DNA of 64,000 bases from Callorhinchus milii (taxonomy: Eukaryota), in contig NW_024704742.1 of assembly GCF_018977255.1 (NCBI RefSeq), positions 65,970,001-66,034,000 on the forward strand, given 5' to 3'. This document shows, in pieces, positions 38,265 to 51,192 of this stretch (positions are counted from its first letter, which is position 1; each line of letters opens with the position of its first letter). A model generated the notes under the pieces. That model saw only the letters and a list, made by a program, of their open reading frames with translations, was not told the DNA's origin and made no database searches. Both the position numbers and the translations under genes were made by a program.

Positions 38265-38660
38265 AAGTAACACCTAATTCCAGAGAGTATTAAGTGTCGG
38301 TTGACAAGAGTCAAAACCTCAGAGTGCGCATTGGGTTACTGCTGAAGTTCAACCAGGCAAAAATGCAAAGCTTGTCAATGAGAGCACTGTCTGGCAAGCT
38401 TTCCCGCTGCTTGTCCAGCTAGGACCACCCTACCCATTGAGGCCTTGGCTTGCAGAGTTAATGGGAGCTGAGTGGGACGAGTCCCCATTTCCAGTGACTG
38501 TTCTGCCCCTCCAACAATGTCCTAGAGTACTGTGAATCTGTCTAGCTCAGGAACTGGAGTACTGAGACCACAACAGATAATTGGCTCAATTTTGACATTT
38601 CGCTGCCACTATGTCACCTTGGAGAGTCGAGCTCCAGGGAGCCCCTACTTACCTTCCCCC
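38265..38660 (-). mobile_element. Unclassified interspersed repeat (family C)
   Basis: Aligns with 9027-9330 and 18005-18230. Confidence 0.7.
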
Positions 38661-39984
38661 AGGCTCCCAGGAGGATAATGTAATCCAGCCTGATTCCTTA
38701 TGGATCCAAAATCAAAGATAATAAATGTTGATAGGTGGTTTCTCTACATTAGTTAGTGACCTGCTGTTGGCTGGATTTACTGTGAGCTCTGGTACAACAA
38801 CATGCTTCAGCTTATGCATTGCACACATAAGGTCACTGTTCTTAGTTCAGCGAGTTAATCCAGTGGGTAGCCTACCCACATCGAGTGAAAGATGCCTAAA
38901 TTTGTTCCCACTCTGCACTAAATAACAGAATGACCAATTTTATTTGGGGGATTGTTGGCAAAGACACCAGGAGGGAATTCGTTTCTCTTTTTGAGTAGTC
39001 CAATAGGATCTTTAATAAGTAATTGGGAAGTTAATGGAAAGTGCCGAGCTGGCTAACTGTGTGTGTGCCTCTTTGATCTAATTTGAATTAATTAGCTGGT
39101 GAATTACATTGACCATGATTAAGAAGAGCAGTTTAGTGTCCTATTTAAAGGACGGCACCTCTGAAAATACAGCACTCCCCCCCCAGCACTAGTCTAGCTT
39201 ATGTGAGTTCAAAGTCCTGATATGGGGATTGAACCCACAACTCTCTGACCCATGCTGACACAAATGCTGCACTTGCTATCTTGCCGTCCCTTTAAAAATT
39301 GGACCAGTTGTGCCCCAATTCATTTTCCTTAAGAAACCTCTGGCCACTGAAGGGAGGAGACGTTTACCTGACTTGTTTAGGCTGGATCTGAAACCGATTC
39401 CCTGGGGTGTGTGGGTGGAAGACAGTGTTTCTTTCAAGCGAGTAAGTCATCCAATCCCTTCCCCCGTACTAAGTAAATTCCTGCAATGGAGTTCTCTATA
39501 ATAAATGATGGATTAGATGTATTTAGTCACAGATCTGCTTTGTGTTGCAATCAGAAACCTTGGGGCGAGCTGGAAAGATAGTCCAAGTCTGAAAAGCTTC
39601 TGGCACAGAGGCCTATGATTAGTTCCTCATACTGCTGTTGTCTCCTAAAGAGGCACAGTATACCTACTGATGCCTTGCGCACCAAACTTAATGCAGCTCC
39701 CTTTAACTGCTGTTAAAGAGTTTTTTTTAACCTCAGTACAAGGAGTGCATTACAACTTATTTTCACATGAGCTTTTAACTGGCTGAAACTCATTAGCATG
39801 CTTGCTGTATTACCAATGACATATACTATGCACCACGATGCCCTACGGGGAGGGTGGAGTGACATTGAACCTGGTTGCACTAGTTTTAATATGTTATTTT
39901 GGCTACCGCATTGGACCAGTGAACTCAAATTAACAGTGGAAATGCAAACTGCTAAAATGCTTTCTTCCCCATTGAGGATGAAGA

Positions 39985-40312
39985 TAATAATAATCCTTGC
40001 ATTTTACACAGTGCCTTATATCGTTGTTGAGATATCTCAAGCGTTTCACAGAATATACTGTAAAGTGGACTCACTGTGTATTTTGTGGGTGAAACACGGC
40101 AGCCAATTGCGCACAACAGTGAACCACACACAGTCCTGGATTGAGTGACCAATTTTCTTTTAGGAGGGATTATTACCCCCGGACAGTGATTCACCAATCG
40201 ACTAACAACCGTGTTCCAGCTTACTGCTAGGTAAACAGAGGATAAGAAAACTTGGCTAAAGTTTTGCCCCACCTGTAAATCGAACCGGGATCCTCTACCC
40301 TAAGGGACTCCA
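39985..40312 (-). mobile_element. SINE family A, near full length
   Basis: Tail, body and aatcgaaccgggatcctc B-box. Confidence 0.8.
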
Positions 40313-40581
40313 CACCATTCTTTCTTAAATGAGTCCAGCGTTCTGGCCTTGACATGCTTTTCTTGTTAACCGGTTCCAGCACTTAATTACCCTCCACATA
40401 AAGAAATACTTCCTGTTGCCTGCCTTGAAATTGATCTCCACAAACCATGAAGCACACTGAGGCTCCTGGCAACAGGTGCATGAGATCAGGCCATTTTTTT
40501 CTCAATCTCACTCAATTTAGTACGGATAATTCCGTCACCTTTGCTAACCTCCTTCCCCTCAGAGCTCAGCTAAACTCATTA

Positions 40582-41062
40582 ATAACAATAATGATCCTTG
40601 CATTCGGTACACCTTTCACGTCAGGAAGATGTCTCAAAGCGCTTCAAAGGATTTATTGTATAGTCCCGGAAAAAATGCAATATTTCATAACAGATTTCAA
40701 GTGAAGATCAAAAGAGATGTTCGGATGTTTTGCTGATGAACATGGTGACCAAATTGCATACAGCAATATCCCACAAACAGCCATAAAGTGAATGATCACT
40801 TTTATTTGGTGGATTGTTGTCCAAGACAGGGGGAGAAACTCTCTTCTCTTTTCGAGTAGTGCAATGCCATCTTTAGCATACACTTGAACAAGCAGACAGG
40901 ACCTCAGATTAATGTCTCATATTAAGGATGGCACCTCTGATGATGCAGTGCTCTCCCAGCACTAGTAATAGAGTGACAACCTGGACTATGAGTTCAATCC
41001 CTGATGTGGGGCTTGAACCCACAGCCTTCTGATTCAGAGACGAGAGTGCTACAGACTGACAC
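40582..41062 (-). mobile_element. Deu-domain SINE, full length
   Basis: Tail to head gggcttgaacccacagccttctgattcagagacgagagtgctac. Confidence 0.8.
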
Positions 41063-41954
41063 ATTCGGGCATTGTGTGAATCTGTAACCTTTGACCTTCA
41101 ACATAGGTGGAGCTTTCAAATAGGATTTTATTGCTCTCTGAACATCACCGAGACACAAATATACTTCCACCTTATCATCTGCCTTGCTGCGAATGCCGCG
41201 ATATGATGTTTCTGGCAAGTAAAGGAAAATCTTCCAGGGGTGGTTCAAGATGGTAAAATCTGATCTTAATCCTTTAGTTTTAATATGATGCAGATATCCT
41301 CCGAGCTGACATTTAATAAGTGATTGGGAAGTTAATGGAAAGTGCCGAGCTAGCTCACTGTGTGTGTGCCTCCTCGATCTGATTTGAATGAATTAGCTGG
41401 TGAATTACATTGACCATGACTAGGAAGAGTCCAAATCAGTCCAAATCAGTCACGATTTTGTCACAAGTGCTGCGCTTGATCATATTTCCCCACCTGTTCT
41501 CGCAACCTATTGAATACTTTGACAGGGCAATGTACCAGCAAACAATATACATTGCTGGAGTCTTTCAGACACCAGTCAACGGGTAAATAATCCTTAGGAA
41601 ATCCCCAGCATCTTTGCTAGAGGGCTCAACCAGCAGCGGCAAGCATGTTCAGACATCCTTGCAACATGAATAGTAATAATAATAATTCTTGCATTTGATA
41701 TAGTGCCTTATCATGCCTCAAATCACTTCACAGAATATATTATAAAATGGAGTTACTCTGTTTTTTGTGGGCGAAACACGGCTGACATTTGCGCACAGCA
41801 GTGTCCCACAAACAGTGGTGGATTGAGCGACCACATTTAATTTTCAAATGAAGGACATTATATAAATATGTATTGTATTTGATACAGCAACTAGAACACT
41901 GAAATATCTCCATAGGTAATTGCTGTCCAAGCAACAATATTCTTGTGCATCAGC

Positions 41955-42278
41955 CTAACTAGGTTGGTAGCACTCGTCACTAAATCAAAAGGTTGTGGGT
42001 CCAAGCCCCATGTTAAGAGTTTGAACTCAGGTAGTTCAGTCTGACACTAATGCAGTGCCAACTTTCAGCTGAGACATTAAACCAAGGCCCTGTCTGCCAG
42101 TTCAAGTGGATTTTAAAGACCCCAGAGCATTATTCAACTTTATCCTGGTGTCCTGGCTAACAATCCCCCAATAAAATTAGCCAGTCACTTCATAGCTATT
42201 TGTGGGACACTGCTGTGAGCAAATTGGCTGCGGCATTCACCTACAAAACACATAGTTATTACATTTTACAGTAAATTT
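41955..42278 (+). mobile_element. Deu-domain SINE, 3' truncated next to the CR1
   Basis: gttggtagcactcgtc..ggttgtgggtccaagcccc head and core. Confidence 0.75.
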
Positions 42279-42305
42279 CTTCCAGTATGATAATCATTCT
42301 GTTGA

Positions 42306-43633
42306 TAATCAACAAGATTAGGTAGAGTCAACATGGCTTTACAAAAGGGAAGTCATGCTTAACTAATCTTTTAGAGTTTTTTGAAGATGTATCTAGCAGG
42401 TTAGATAGGGGGGAACCAGTAGATATAGTATATTTAGATTTTAAAAGGGCATTTGACAAAGTGCCACACAAAAGGCTATTGCACAAGGTTAAGGCCCACG
42501 GGATTAATGGGAACATATTAGCGTGGATTGAAGAGTGGCTAATGGGTAGAAAACAGAGAGTACGGATAAACGGGTCATTCTCGAATTGGCAGGATGTGAC
42601 TAGTGGAGTGCCACAAGGATCAGTGCTTGGGCCTCAGCTATTTACAATTTACATCAATGATTTAGACGAGGATATTGAATGTAACGTATCTAAATTCGCG
42701 GATGACACTAAACTAGGTGGGAGAGTAAGCTCTGAGGATGATACAAAAAGATTGCAACAGGATATAGATAGGCTCGGGGAGTGGGCAAGTAGGTGGCAGA
42801 TGGAATTTAATGTGGGGAAGTGTGAAGTTATTCACCTAGGTAGCAAAAATAGAAAAAGAGATTATTTTCTAGAGGGGGAGAGATTAGATAGTGCTAGTGT
42901 TCAGAGGGATTTGGGTGTCCTTGTACACCAGTCTCAAAAAGTTAGTTTGCAGGTGCAGCAAGCAACTAAGAAGGCGAACGGCATGTTAGCGTTCATTGCA
43001 AAAGGCTTAGAGTACAAGAGTAGGGAAATCTTGCTGCTTCTGCATAGGGCCTTGGTGAAACCGCACCTAGAGTACTGTGTGCAGTTTTGGTCTCCTTATT
43101 TAAAAAAGGATATACTTGCCCTAGAGGGGGTGCAGCGTAGATTCACTCGGTTAGTTCCTGGAATGAGGGGACTGACCTATGAGGAGAGGCTGAATAAACT
43201 AGGGCTGTATTCTCTAGAGTACAGAAGAATTAGGGGAGATCTTATTGAAACATATAAGATTCTTAAAGGGCTGATAAAGTAGACACTGAGGGTCTGTTTC
43301 CCCTGGTAGGAGAATCTATAACCAGGGGTCACAGTCTTAAAGTTAAGGGTCAGCCTTTTAGAACAGAGTTGAGGAAACATTTCTTCACTCAGAGTGTAGT
43401 GAATGTATGGAATTCACTACCCCAGAAGGCTGTAGATGCTCAGTCCTTGAACATCTTCAAGGCTGAGACTGATAGATTTTTTAAAAATAGAGGGATTAGG
43501 GGATATGGGGATAGGGCAGGTATTTAGAGTTAAGTCAGAAGATCAGCCATGATCTTATCAAATGGTGGGGTAGGCTTGAGGGGCTGAATGGCCTACTCCT
43601 GCTCCTAATTCTTATGTTCTTATGTTCTTATGT
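42306..43633 (+). mobile_element. 5'-truncated CR1-clade LINE (shark HER1-like 3' end)
   Basis: RT coding region, 3' UTR gatcagccatgatc..aggggctgaatggcctactcctgctcc and (TTCTTATG)3 tail. Confidence 0.95.
42326..43527 (+). pseudogene. CR1 ORF2 reverse transcriptase, disrupted
   Basis: SQHGFTKGKSCLTNL..YLDFKRAFDKVPH..GVPQGSVLGPQLF..KFADDTKL..LEYCVQFW; in-frame TAG at 42323; 1-bp frameshift near 43272, after which RGHSLK..FFTQ..WNSLP continues to TAG 43525-43527. Confidence 0.9.
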
Positions 43634-44059
43634 ATTTAATATAGAGCCTTTCGCATTGGGAGGACCTCTCAAACTGCTTCACAGGATTTATTGTGCATTT
43701 GCAGTCGTATTAGTAGGTGAACACAGCAGCCAATTTGTGCACAGCAATGCCCCACAAACAACCATAAAGTAAATGACCGATTTAAACTGTGAGATTGGGC
43801 CTGAGTGTGTCTCTCATTGTATCTCTGAGTGTATGTGTCTTTCTTTGTGCCTCTGAACGTGTGTATCTCTCTGTGTCTCTGAATGTGTGTCTTTCTGTGT
43901 CTGAGTGTGTGAGTCTCTCTCTAGGTCTCCATGTCGTTCCCCCACTACCTCCAAAAGAAATGGCCATCCAGTTGTTGTTAAAGAAGAAGTAATAANTTTT
44001 TTTACAACAATCTAATATGTGTTATTTTCTTATGTTTAATTTTTATCAATAAAGTGAAA

Positions 44060-44350
44060 AAATGTAGCAGTAAAATGGACCTCCATGGCACCAATCAACT
44101 CCTGGAATTTTTCCATATTTTCCCAGCAAAATTTAGCAAAGCTGGCCTCAATTTGCCACAAGATTTGACAAGCGCTCCGCATTTTTTTGGGCAAATATAT
44201 CTGCACTTTTCTATTCGTCCAGTTCATAGCTCATTCCTCTCTCATTGCTCTCCTTTGCACTGCCTAGGCTGGCTCTATGTCACGGTGACCAGGGCTGTAT
44301 AAAATACTCAAGTTGTGGTCTGACCAGAACACTGGTACAGCCTAAGTATC
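44060..44350 (-). mobile_element. Highly decayed CR1 RT fragment
   Basis: aaatactcaagttgtggtctgaccag is the reverse complement of LVRPQLEY. Confidence 0.55.
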
Positions 44351-45169
44351 CATCTCAAGACCCTCTTTTCGACCGGGCCTTCAGTCACCCTCCTACCCTT
44401 CCCCTCTGCCCTTCACTGCTCCTGATCCCAACCACCAGCTCAGGTGCGGATCCCTGACTGTCCAGCACTTTGGGACCTCCTCCTGACGTGAAAGGTGCTT
44501 TTCAAATGTTGTTGTTTTGTTGTTGTTATTGTTGTTGAGTATGATTTCTAAACTGAGATCTAAACTGATTTTATTTGCTTTATTTATTACCGCTTCATGC
44601 TGTTTCAACATAGTGAGCAATGAGTCAACTAACACCCCTAGGTCTTTTAGCTTTCTCCTTTGGCAAGTTTCATCCCATCCATGATGTACTTATATTTCGA
44701 ATCCTTCCATCCTATTTGTAGAAACTTGCATTGAGCTGTTTTAAACTTCATTTACCCTTTGGAGTGCATGTGGAGTCTTGTAGTATATTGGTTAGAGCAC
44801 TCGCCTCACCAGGGCAGTGCAAAACCCTAGGCAAGTTTCCACACGCCTCTGCTTACCTAGCAGTAAGTAGGAACCCGGTTGTTTGTCAGTTGGCTAACTA
44901 CGCTAAAGGATTCTATTTAAATGTGAGAAGGAAGTTCTTGAATTTAATCCACCAGGCGATGGGGACCCAGTAAAGATGAGCAAGGATGGAGGTGATAGGC
45001 TCTTGGATCTTACACTGGGTCTGTGAATCCAGATCATTAATATATACAAGGGACAGGAGGCGTCATGGTACAGATCAGCCTGCCCGCTTAATACCTCCCC
45101 ATATTTTGACCTAACTCCCCTAACAAAGACCTTCTGCTTCCTTCCCTTCAGACAATTCCGCAGCATGGT

Positions 45170-45487
45170 TCACCTTGCAAGTGAGAGGACCTGGGATCAA
45201 TTCTTACTCCATATGCCTCTGTTTACCTAGCCGTGACCCGGCTGTTAGTCATTTGGTGGATCGTTTTCTGGGGGTAATAATCCCTTCAAAAAAATAATTA
45301 CAAAAATAATATTAATTTTGGTTATTCAATCTATGACTGTTTGTGCACACTGTTTTGTGCAATGGTTTCCATGTTTCACCACAAAATACACAGTTTATTC
45401 ACTTATAGTGTATTCTGTGGATCGCTTTGAGACATCTCAACGATGTGATATGGCGCTATATCAAATGCAAGGATTATTATTATTATA
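45170..45487 (+). mobile_element. SINE family A
   Basis: ccttgcaagtgagaggacctggg head remnant, body and tail. Confidence 0.75.
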
Positions 45488-46435
45488 ATTCTGAATCCAA
45501 ATCCATGTCTTGCCCTTGATACCCAGTGACCACAGTTTGTCACAGGGAACTTTCACACCTTTGTTCTGGGGATGGGCAGGTGTGGGCAGATGAGGAGGGG
45601 GGCTGAGAGGTAGCTGGGGGGTGAAGAAAGCAGCACACACTTTCTATCCACTGTTTCTTATTGTGCCTGATGTGTTGTGCAGTTTATTGGGGCCTCCTCC
45701 GGGGATAAGCAATTTAAAGCAGGTGGACTGAGCCCATTTGGTTTAATTGATTTCAAGATAAACTCAATCATTCACTTAGTGATGGGGACCGAGTGAAACC
45801 ACAAACAATACTGTTATTGCTGTAAACCAGACCTGCTGCTCGGCTCACATTTGTGCCAACGAACGGGTGGAATTTAAAGATCTTGCGACATCACTTGACA
45901 ACAATAGAAGGAAGCAATTTTCTTCCTAGTGTCCTGGACAACAATTTATCCGGATTAATGATTCGTTCTCGTCATGGGCCTTTTGCCTGCAAGTTAGTTG
46001 CTATGTGTGCCTGGAAAAAACAGTCAGTGCACTTGACTGGTTTGGCCACTGTCAAATCCGAGACATATGCGCAATCTGCTTCAAATCTACATCATTAATA
46101 ATCAAGCTTCCGCATTAGGCATTTGAGTTCACAGTTAGACTGATACTCCATGCAGCACTGGGAGAAACGCTGCACTGTAGGAGGTGCCGTCCTTTGGATG
46201 AGATGTTAACACCTGGCCGGCAAATCATCCCAAACAGAAAAAAAATCACTGTTAAGTGCTTTGTGGTGGCACCCACTGTGAAGGGAGCTATCTAAATGCA
46301 AATTGTTGTTTTTGTTTTTGCATTGGCTGTTTGTGGGATATTGCTGTGGGCAAATTGGCTGTTGTGTTCGCCTACAAAATCATGGTCACTAAACTTTACA
46401 ATAGATGCTGGAAGCATTTTTGAGACATCCGCCCA

Positions 46436-47462
46436 ACGTTTTCTTCAGTTGAGTGTCAACAAGACCGAGGCTCTCCTGATTGGCTCCTGTCAGCACCTCC
46501 TCACCTCTGGCATTGACAGCATCAACATCCATGGTTGCACACTCAACCTTACTAAGCCAGTCCAGAACCTTGGGGTCTTGTTCGACCCTCAACTATCCTT
46601 TCTATCCACATTCGCGCCATGACCCGCTCTGCCTTCCCCACCTCCGCAACATTGCCCGGCTCCGACACTGTCTTACACCGCAGGCCGCCGAAACCCTCAT
46701 TCACGCCTTCCTTACATCGAGGCTCGACTATGCAAACTCACTGCTTGTCAGTCTCCCCAACTCCTCCCTCCACAGGCTGCAGATCATCCAGAACTCTGCA
46801 GCCCATGTCCTAACATAACATGTAGGAGCAGGAGTAGGCCATTCGGCCCTTCGAGCCTGCCCCGCCATTCAGTCATGGCTGATTTTCTAATCTAACTCCA
46901 GCTAATATCATAACCCTGCCTTATCCCCATATCCCTTATTCCCTTTTGCAATAAGAAATATATCTATCTCAGTCGTCTCCAGCACTAGGCTCTGCAACCC
47001 TATCACCCCCATCCACACCCGACTCCACTGGCTTCCCATCACACAGAGGATACAGTTCAAGATCCTGGTCCTCATCTTCAAAGCCCTCCATGGTCTTGCT
47101 TCCCTGGAACTCTGCGACCTCCTAACCCCCTACCATCCTGTTGAATCCCTCCGCTCAGCGGGCTCTGGCCTGCTTCACGTCCCCCGCCTTGCTCACCCCA
47201 CTATCGGCGGGCCTTCCATCACTCTGCGCCCATCCTCTGGAACTCCATCCCTCAGTCCTTCTGTCTTGCCCCCTCCCTCTCCACCTCCAAGACCCATCTC
47301 AAGACCTTCCTCTTTGTACATGGTTTCGATATCCCTGTCTCCCCCCCTGCCCTCGTCCCTCCCCCACCCCGACCCTCAGCTTGGGTCCGTAACTCTGTCT
47401 GTCCAGCACTTGGGACATCCTCCCGACGTGAAAGGCGCTTTACAAATGTAATTTTGTTATTG
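46436..47462 (+). mobile_element. L2 LINE 3' ~0.9 kb, interrupted by a CR1 tail
   Basis: FLQLSVNKTEALLIGS..LRNIARLR..LIHAFLTSRLDYANSLL..LQIIQNSAA (L2 ORF2 C-terminal motifs). Confidence 0.9.
46812..46974 (-). mobile_element. CR1 3' UTR fragment nested in L2
   Basis: taggagcaggagtaggccattcggcccttcgagcctgc is the reverse complement of the CR1 tail seen at 43570-43610. Confidence 0.85.
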
Positions 47463-47762
47463 TGAAAAGCGTTCTAATGTAAAGATTCTATTTTTATTAT
47501 AAAGCTCAGAGTAGAGTAACAACAATAACAACAACAAAATTACATTTATATAGCAGCTATCATTCAAGGCACTGGACATCACAATCAAAGAGGAAAGTCT
47601 TGAGATGAAAGTAGGACACCTTATAAATACTTATGTATAATAGTAAATATGTATTATATCATAAATAGGATATATTTAATATATATATTGCATCTTATGT
47701 AAGACGTAAGAGTGAGTAGGAAGACAGCTGGTGTCTTGTCACACCAGCTGAAGGAGCAGTAG

Positions 47763-48113
47763 TAATAATAATCCTTGAATTTGATATAACGCCTTATCAC
47801 ATCTTTGAGATGTCTCAAAGCACTTCACAGAATATAACTGTAAAGAAAATTGACTGTGTATTATATGGGCGAAATGCAGCAGCTAATTGCGAACAGCAGT
47901 GTCCCACAAACAATCCTGGATTAAGTGACCAATTAATTTTTTTTCAAGGATTATTACCCATGGAGTTGCCTAACAACCTATTCCTACTTACTGCTAGGTA
48001 AACAGAGGCGTGTGGAGTAAGGATACCTGTCTAAGGATGCGCCCTTGCCCGGGAATCGAACTTGGGTCCTCTCGCTTGAGAAGCGAGCACACCAACCACT
48101 GCACTACAGGACG
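47763..48113 (-). mobile_element. SINE family A, full length
   Basis: Tail to head gggaatcgaacttgggtcctctcgcttgagaagcgagcac. Confidence 0.85.
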
Positions 48114-48791
48114 CCCTGTACAGCGCATTGTACCCTTTGTGCTCTCTTCTGATGTAAACTAACATTGTGCAGAGCCGTGAAGTAGGATACTGTCATGTTT
48201 GCAGCACTCCGAGGGTTTGAGGTGTTTTAAGCGTAAATAGCATGGGCACTGATTGAAGGTGGCTACTACACTGGGGTTTGCAGACAAGGAAGGGATTAGA
48301 GTGTGATTCACTGCTCTTGATATGATTGCCCACGTGAAGTTATCTGTTCACACTGTCGGAGCCCAGCACTGCTTATCATTACCGCTCAATAAAACCCACT
48401 AACTGCGGCACCCACCGAGGTGATTTGGCACAGAACTGAGAGGAGGAATAAATGGAGAACTGATAGGGTTTTAAAAGGGCTTATTTGCTCTTGTCTTGTC
48501 AACGCTACACGTTGCAAAATGCTTTTTGGCTTTGTATGGGGGAATGACCAGGCAGCATTTAATTGTAATGGATTTACAGGGATTAGATGTAGGCTAACAT
48601 ACGGGGAGAGGTCGGTGGGGTTACCCTCGCTGACTGATGAAGTGGATACTGTGTCTGTAATTGGAATGCTCACAGCCAGTCAGCAGGAGACTAGTTGTCA
48701 GAGTGAAAAAAAGATTTCAGTGAAATTCTTACTCATATCGACACGGTTAATCACATTAGTTTTCCCCCCAAACATAGTCAATTCACTTTGT

Positions 48792-49610
48792 GGAGTCCAT
48801 AGCATGTTGGCTAGAGCACTCGCCTCGCAAACGAGGGGACCCGGGTTTGATTCCCATGTATGGCGAGACTTTAGGCAAGTTTCCTTACTCCACGCGCCTC
48901 TGTTCACCTAGCAGAACAACAACAACAACAACAACAAGATTCCATTTATTGAGCGCCTTTCACGTCGGGAGGATGTCCCAAGGCGCTGTACAGTTGGGTC
49001 AGGACCCGAGCATTGGGGGGAAATGGTCAGGGTGAGGGGAGGGAAGGGAGGGAGCGAGGAGGGGGTAGAGAGTCGAGAGAGGAGCTGAAGGCACGGTCAA
49101 AGAGAAAGGTCTTGAGACCGGCCTTGAAGGAGGAAAGGGAGGAAGCGGCGAAGGCACTGGGGGATGGAGTTCCAGAGCCTCGGGGCTGAGAGGCTGAAGG
49201 CCCGGCCACCGATGATAGAGCGGTTGGGGCGGGGGATGTGGAGCAGACCGGAGCCAGAGGAACGGAGAGTACGGGCAGGTAGGTAGGGGGATAGTAGGTC
49301 GGAGAGGTAGGAGGGAGCAAGGCCGTGAATGGCCTTGTAGGTCAGGGTGAGGATCTTGAATTCGAGAAGTAGGAACTTGGCTGTTAATCGCTTTTCCGGG
49401 GGTAATAATCCCTTCAAAAATAAATAAATTATTTTTAAAAATAATAATTTGGTCACTCAATTCACAACTGTTTGTGGGACATTACTGTGCACAATTGGCT
49501 ACTTCGTTTTGCCCAAAAATATACAGTCAATTCACTTTACAGTATATTCTGTGAAATGCTTTGAAATGTCTCGAAGACGCTATATCAAATGCAAGGATTA
49601 TTATTATTAT
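48792..49610 (+). mobile_element. SINE family A split by an antisense L2 insertion (48915-49365)
   Basis: SINE breaks at cctagcag and resumes aagtaggaac at 49367. Confidence 0.85.
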
Positions 49611-49699
49611 AAATTGTATTTTCTCTCTCCTCTTCCTCTCTGTCCTCTCCTCTCCTCTTCCTCTCTGTCCTCCCTATTGTCCTCCTAACTGAGAGGTAC

Positions 49700-50360
49700 A
49701 GTTCCAATGGTAGCAGCCTCCCCAAATCTCCATCTGAATCACCCATTAATCGTGACTGAACCTTGACTTTAGATGTCAGCAGAGCTTTGAGACATCTGGG
49801 GACCTCTTCACGCTGGCATCAGAAGTGAGGGTCAAGGGTGCTTGAAAGGAGCTGTGGAGGAGGTGGTGTGTAGTGGAAAACTGGATTTTGGAGTTGTTTT
49901 TGGCCTCGAGAGTGAAAGTGGTTTTGGGTTGAGAGAGGGAGCGGTGGTAGGTATGAAGATACTCAAGTGACAGTTGGCGGTGAACCGTGAGGCTGGTTTT
50001 GTGGCATCTGCGCTCGAGCAACCAGGTTTGGGATTTGAGGGAGTGGAGATGACTATTATACCAGGTGGAGCGGGTAGGTTTGGAGACGGTCCTGGATATC
50101 AGGTGACAAGGGAATTGAAGGTTGAGGAGATGTGATCGTGTAGCAGCTTGATGGCTGTGTCTGGATCACTGCAGGGGGAACGCCAGAGGGAAAGAAGGTC
50201 CGTGGATGAGAGGGCATTGTGAGCAACTCGAGGGGAAGCTTTTTCCATGGCAGGAAAATGATGGTGGAGGGCTTGGAGGAGGGAAAGGTGATATGAGAGG
50301 AGAGAGAGATAAGGAAGTGGTCTGAGATGGCCTTGTCTGTGATGAGACATAGCCCCCTCA
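49700..50360 (-). mobile_element. Old L2 ORF2 internal fragment (post-endonuclease region)
   Basis: Minus translation ITDKAISDHFLISL..WYNSHLHSLKS..LERR..TSLTVHRQL. Confidence 0.7.
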
Positions 50361-51192
50361 ATAACTACCTTCGTTTGTAGGTTTAACCGTTATTGGTAAG
50401 TACGTGTCAGCAATGACTTTAATTAAATTGTGGGACACTGCTGTATGCAATTGGCTGCAGTGTTTCACCCACAAAATGCAAGGTCAATCCACTTTACATT
50501 ATATTCTGTGAAACGCTTTGAGACGTTTCAATGGCGTAATAAGGTGCTATATCAAAGCAAGAATTATTATTATTATTTTTATTATTAAGAACTTCCTTTT
50601 TGATCGTGCTCACGATTACCTCTCCCCTCCCTCTATCCCATGTGACGGATGCTATATAAATGCAAGTTGTTGTATTTGGAATTGGAGGTAGATTTGGATG
50701 AGGAATATATTTCATAGCAGGGAGAGAAACTCCACGTTTCTCATCATTGTGTGTGTGTGTGTGTGTGTGTTTGGGTGGGTGGGTAGGTGGGAGTGGGGGG
50801 AGATAGTGCATTTGTATCTATCAGAATCAAAAGTAAGATGGGAACTAGATTAATAATGCAATAAAAAATCACAACAAAGATTTTCATTTACTTAGCAATT
50901 TCTCCGCAAATCTCCCTCAAACCTCCTGGCTTGGCCACGCCAGCTTGCCCCCGCTCTCGGGAACTCCATCCCTTTGGAGTCCCTCTGATTTACTACCTCC
51001 AGCACTTTGTGCAAGATTTGTCTCAAGACCTACAATCTTTGGCAGCACTTTCAGTCGTGTTTCCCCTCCCCCATCCCTTTCAACTCTCACTTCCAGCTCA
51101 GGTGCCCAGCCAGCAGTAAAAACAACAACTGCATTTATATAGCACTCTTCACGTAGGGTAGCATCTCGGAGCGCTTAACAGTGACGGAGCCT

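Noticed and set aside
43996..43996. Single N
   Set aside because: Assembly ambiguity or contig join, not biology
48420..48911. 163-aa ORF
   Set aside because: GTG start, no recognisable domain, runs into a SINE head
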